From Camelus ferus (taxonomy: Eukaryota): a stretch of 60,000 bases of DNA. The DNA lies in contig NC_045697.1 in NCBI RefSeq assembly GCF_009834535.1, positions 27,654,001 through 27,714,000 of the forward strand, written 5' to 3'. Of the stretch, positions 59,129 through 60,000 are shown in pieces (position 1 is the first letter of the stretch; every line of letters begins with the position of its first letter). The translations under genes were made by a program, and so were the position numbers. The notes beneath the pieces are model-generated. The model saw only the letters and a program-made list of their open reading frames with translations, made no database searches and was not told the origin of the DNA.

Positions 59129-60000
59129 CCATAAATATTTTATACACAGTTACAGAGCAGATAAGGAATAGATCCAGGATTCAAACCCAGATCGGTATGT
59201 GCCCTTAACCAGTACGCTCAGAGGGAGAAGGTCTCAGAGGAGAGATCCCTCAGAGGGAGCAGGGCAGGGGAGAGACCCCAGAGAGGGAGGGACCCAAACA
59301 GGACATGGGGAATGGATGGGCTGAAGGAAGAAAAGAGGAGAGAAAGAGCTACTGAATCAGAATCTCCCAAAGTGGGGCCCATTTTTTAACAGCCATGATT
59401 CTGCTATAGGCTTAAAAGTTCGAGAACGGCTAAGTTAGTTACTGTGTTTCAAATGCTTAGAGAACTGTGCTTGGCACACGCTAACTGCTCCATCAGTGTG
59501 AAATATTATTAATAGCTGCAGGCCCACGGATCTTCACCTGCGGCTTTGACCGCACCCAGGTCCTGCCCTGGTTTCCTGAGTCCCTTAGGGGTCTCCACCC
59601 TGACCATGGGCGGCACCTGCCTTCCTGCCTGTCTCTTCAGGCCTTCGGAAACCTCCCCTGACCAGTTTGCCCAGCCCAGGGAGATTCTGGCCCAGCTGCC
59701 TGCTGGGCCTGGAGGCTGTCCTGAAGCACAGCTTACCTGGTGGGGCCCACATCCTTCCAGGTCCAGTCTTGGCCAAAGAGGTCTTCCTGGAGTGAATCTG
59801 GTTCTTGTCTAGGGTTTTGAATGGGAAAATGACTCTGCCTTACTTAAACCACCCTCTGGCCCCTGCTGGAGGACTCAGCCAGGGTGCTGCCTCAGAAGTG
59901 TTCCTTCTCATGCAAACAAAGCTGTTTTGAATGAACTGAATAAAATAAATGGATGTGGTTTTTGTTTGTTTGTTTTTGGCTATTTTGGGAGCCATCAGGT

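Noticed and set aside
1..60000. A novel multi-gene or prokaryote-type system
   Set aside because: No operon-like ORFs, no long coding frames and no repeat-spacer arrays; content is explained by mammalian repeats plus non-coding unique DNA

Overview
Mammalian non-coding DNA (intergenic or deep intronic), most likely camelid (Camelus/Vicugna/Lama). The basis is a Vic-1-type tRNA-derived SINE and cetartiodactyl-type L1 3' ends, with no ruminant Bov-A/BovB, pig PRE-1 or primate Alu seen. I find no supportable host protein-coding gene, RNA gene, CRISPR array or prokaryotic system. The only ORFs with recognisable homology are broken LINE-1 ORF1/ORF2 fragments. Much of the window is ancient interspersed repeat: many MIRs, L2, CR1/L3, old L1M, MaLR/ERVL solo LTRs and hAT MITEs (MER3, MER5, MER58, MER91, MER103, MER115, Charlie4). 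Several younger L1 insertions still show target-site duplications (TSDs). The most interesting items are (i) unusual retrotransposition or rearrangement products: a fold-back/twin-primed L1 stub, two internally deleted L1s, and an L1 whose TSD duplicated an LTR end; and (ii) repeat-free islands dense in homeodomain, POU, FOX and PBX-HOX motifs that look like developmental enhancers. Repeat subfamily names come from recalled consensus sequences, boundaries are approximate, and nothing was checked against a database. The sequence does not support a claim of a novel biological system.
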